Shown here in pieces: positions 62,760 through 64,000 of a stretch of 64,000 nucleotides of DNA (its first letter is position 1; the number at the start of each line of letters is the position of its first letter). The position numbers and the translations under genes were made by a program. The notes under the pieces were generated by a model. That model had not been told where the DNA came from, made no database searches, and saw nothing but the letters and a program-made list of their open reading frames with translations. The stretch comes from Chiloscyllium plagiosum (lineage: Eukaryota). The stretch spans positions 17,425,257-17,489,256 of the forward strand of contig NC_057718.1 of assembly GCF_004010195.1 (NCBI RefSeq), written 5' to 3'.

Positions 62760-63300
62760 TTAGAGACAAGAACAGGTCATTACCATTCATTCCTCAAACC
62801 CATTCTGCTATTCCGTTAGAATAGGTCATAGCTAATTTGTATCTCAGTTCTATTTATCCATCCCAATTTAGTAACCTTTAGTAATGTTTACCTAACAGAA
62901 ATTTATTGGAGTTGTTACAGCAGGAAAAGAGGATCCTGGGCTCTGACCAATCAAGTGTTCATCTAAATAGTTTTGAAGTGTCTTGAGTGAGTTCCGAATA
63001 TCCATAATTCTCTGGTTTGAAAAATGTTTTTCCCTCCAAACCGTTCTCAACCTCCTGCTCCTTGTCTTAAACCTGTGCTCCTGATTATTGATCCCTTGAC
63101 TAAGGGGAAAAGATTCTCCCTATTTACCCTGTCTATGCCCCTCAGAACTTTGTTCATCTCAGTCAGATCCCACCCATTCCTACCCTTAGTTGTCTTTGCT
63201 TTAAGAAAAACAACCCCAGACTATCTGGTCTCCTTTCATAGTTGAATTGCTTTAGTGCAAGCAACACCAGCAAAGATTTCAAATGCAATATGATTTCTTC
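62760..63300 (-). mobile_element. Old CR1 3' fragments
   Basis: Diverged reverse complements of CR1 3' ends. Confidence 0.55.
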
Positions 63301-63670
63301 AAAACCCCTCAGTCCAGTTGAACACAAAATGTTAACATCGCTTCTGTCTTCTCAGATGCTGCTAGACCTGCTGAGTTTCTCCAGCATGTGGTGCTTTTAT
63401 CTCAGATTTCCAGCTTTTACAGCACTTTACTTTCATTTTAGACGTCATAACTCATTTTACTGAATTCTTCCAAATCTGAGTATGAACTATGATCCAGCAG
63501 TTAGAGGTTTTGTGAAAGAAAAGTTTTCATGTACAAATTAGGTGGATAAACATTGCATTACACGAGCCAAGAGCATATCCTGCTGACTGCTGCAGTGTAC
63601 TTGCAACCAGCCAATACTTGTACTTTCAGAAAAAGATTGACAGCTTCAGCTATGTATTGAGAACTATGGT

Positions 63671-64000
63671 ACATAGAACATAGAACAATACAGCACAGGA
63701 ACAGGCCCTTCGGCCCACGATGTTGTGCCGAACATTTGTCCTAGCTTAAGCACCCATCCATGTACCTATCCAATTGCCACTTAAAGTTCCTAGCACTCTC
63801 AATCTATCCTCGTATGACCTATTCTCCATTCCAGGCAACATCCTGGTAAATCTTCTCTGCACCCTCTCCCAAGCTTCCACATCTTTCCTAAAGTGAGGCG
63901 ACCAGAACTGCACATAGTACTCCAAATGTGGCCTAACCAAGGTCCTGTACAGCTACAACATCACTTCACGCCTCTTGAATTCAATCCCTCTGCTAATGAA
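63671..64000 (-). mobile_element. CR1 3' fragment with internal deletion, running off the window
   Basis: VRPHLEYYVQFWSPHFRKDV and a (CATAGAA)n tail. Confidence 0.9.

Overview
This is vertebrate genomic DNA, most likely an elasmobranch (shark), judged from HE1-type SINEs and the CR1-rich repeat landscape. The only host gene I can support is FEZ2 on the + strand. Seven coding exons (7708-7824, 12777-12921, 27610-27878, 35933-36013, 49001-49076, 51320-51385, 60597-60613) splice in frame to 256 aa ending ...DYILKVLCPT*, followed by a ~2.1 kb 3' UTR. The 5' exons were not found and probably lie upstream of the window. The introns are filled with decayed CR1 LINEs, a Rex1/Babar-type LINE end with apparent non-autonomous partners, tRNA-derived SINEs and a Ty3/Gypsy gag fossil. 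The most striking signal is at least three families of Penelope-like elements (PLEs). Many are short (90-720 bp) insertions, mostly fold-back, with 10-16 bp target-site duplications, an unpaired 32-42 nt tail and minimal hammerhead-ribozyme cores (CUGANGA-stem II-GAAAC-GUH). Most ORFs in the supplied track are repeat fragments, chimeras or N-gap artefacts. Boundaries of old repeats are approximate, and no database search was run.
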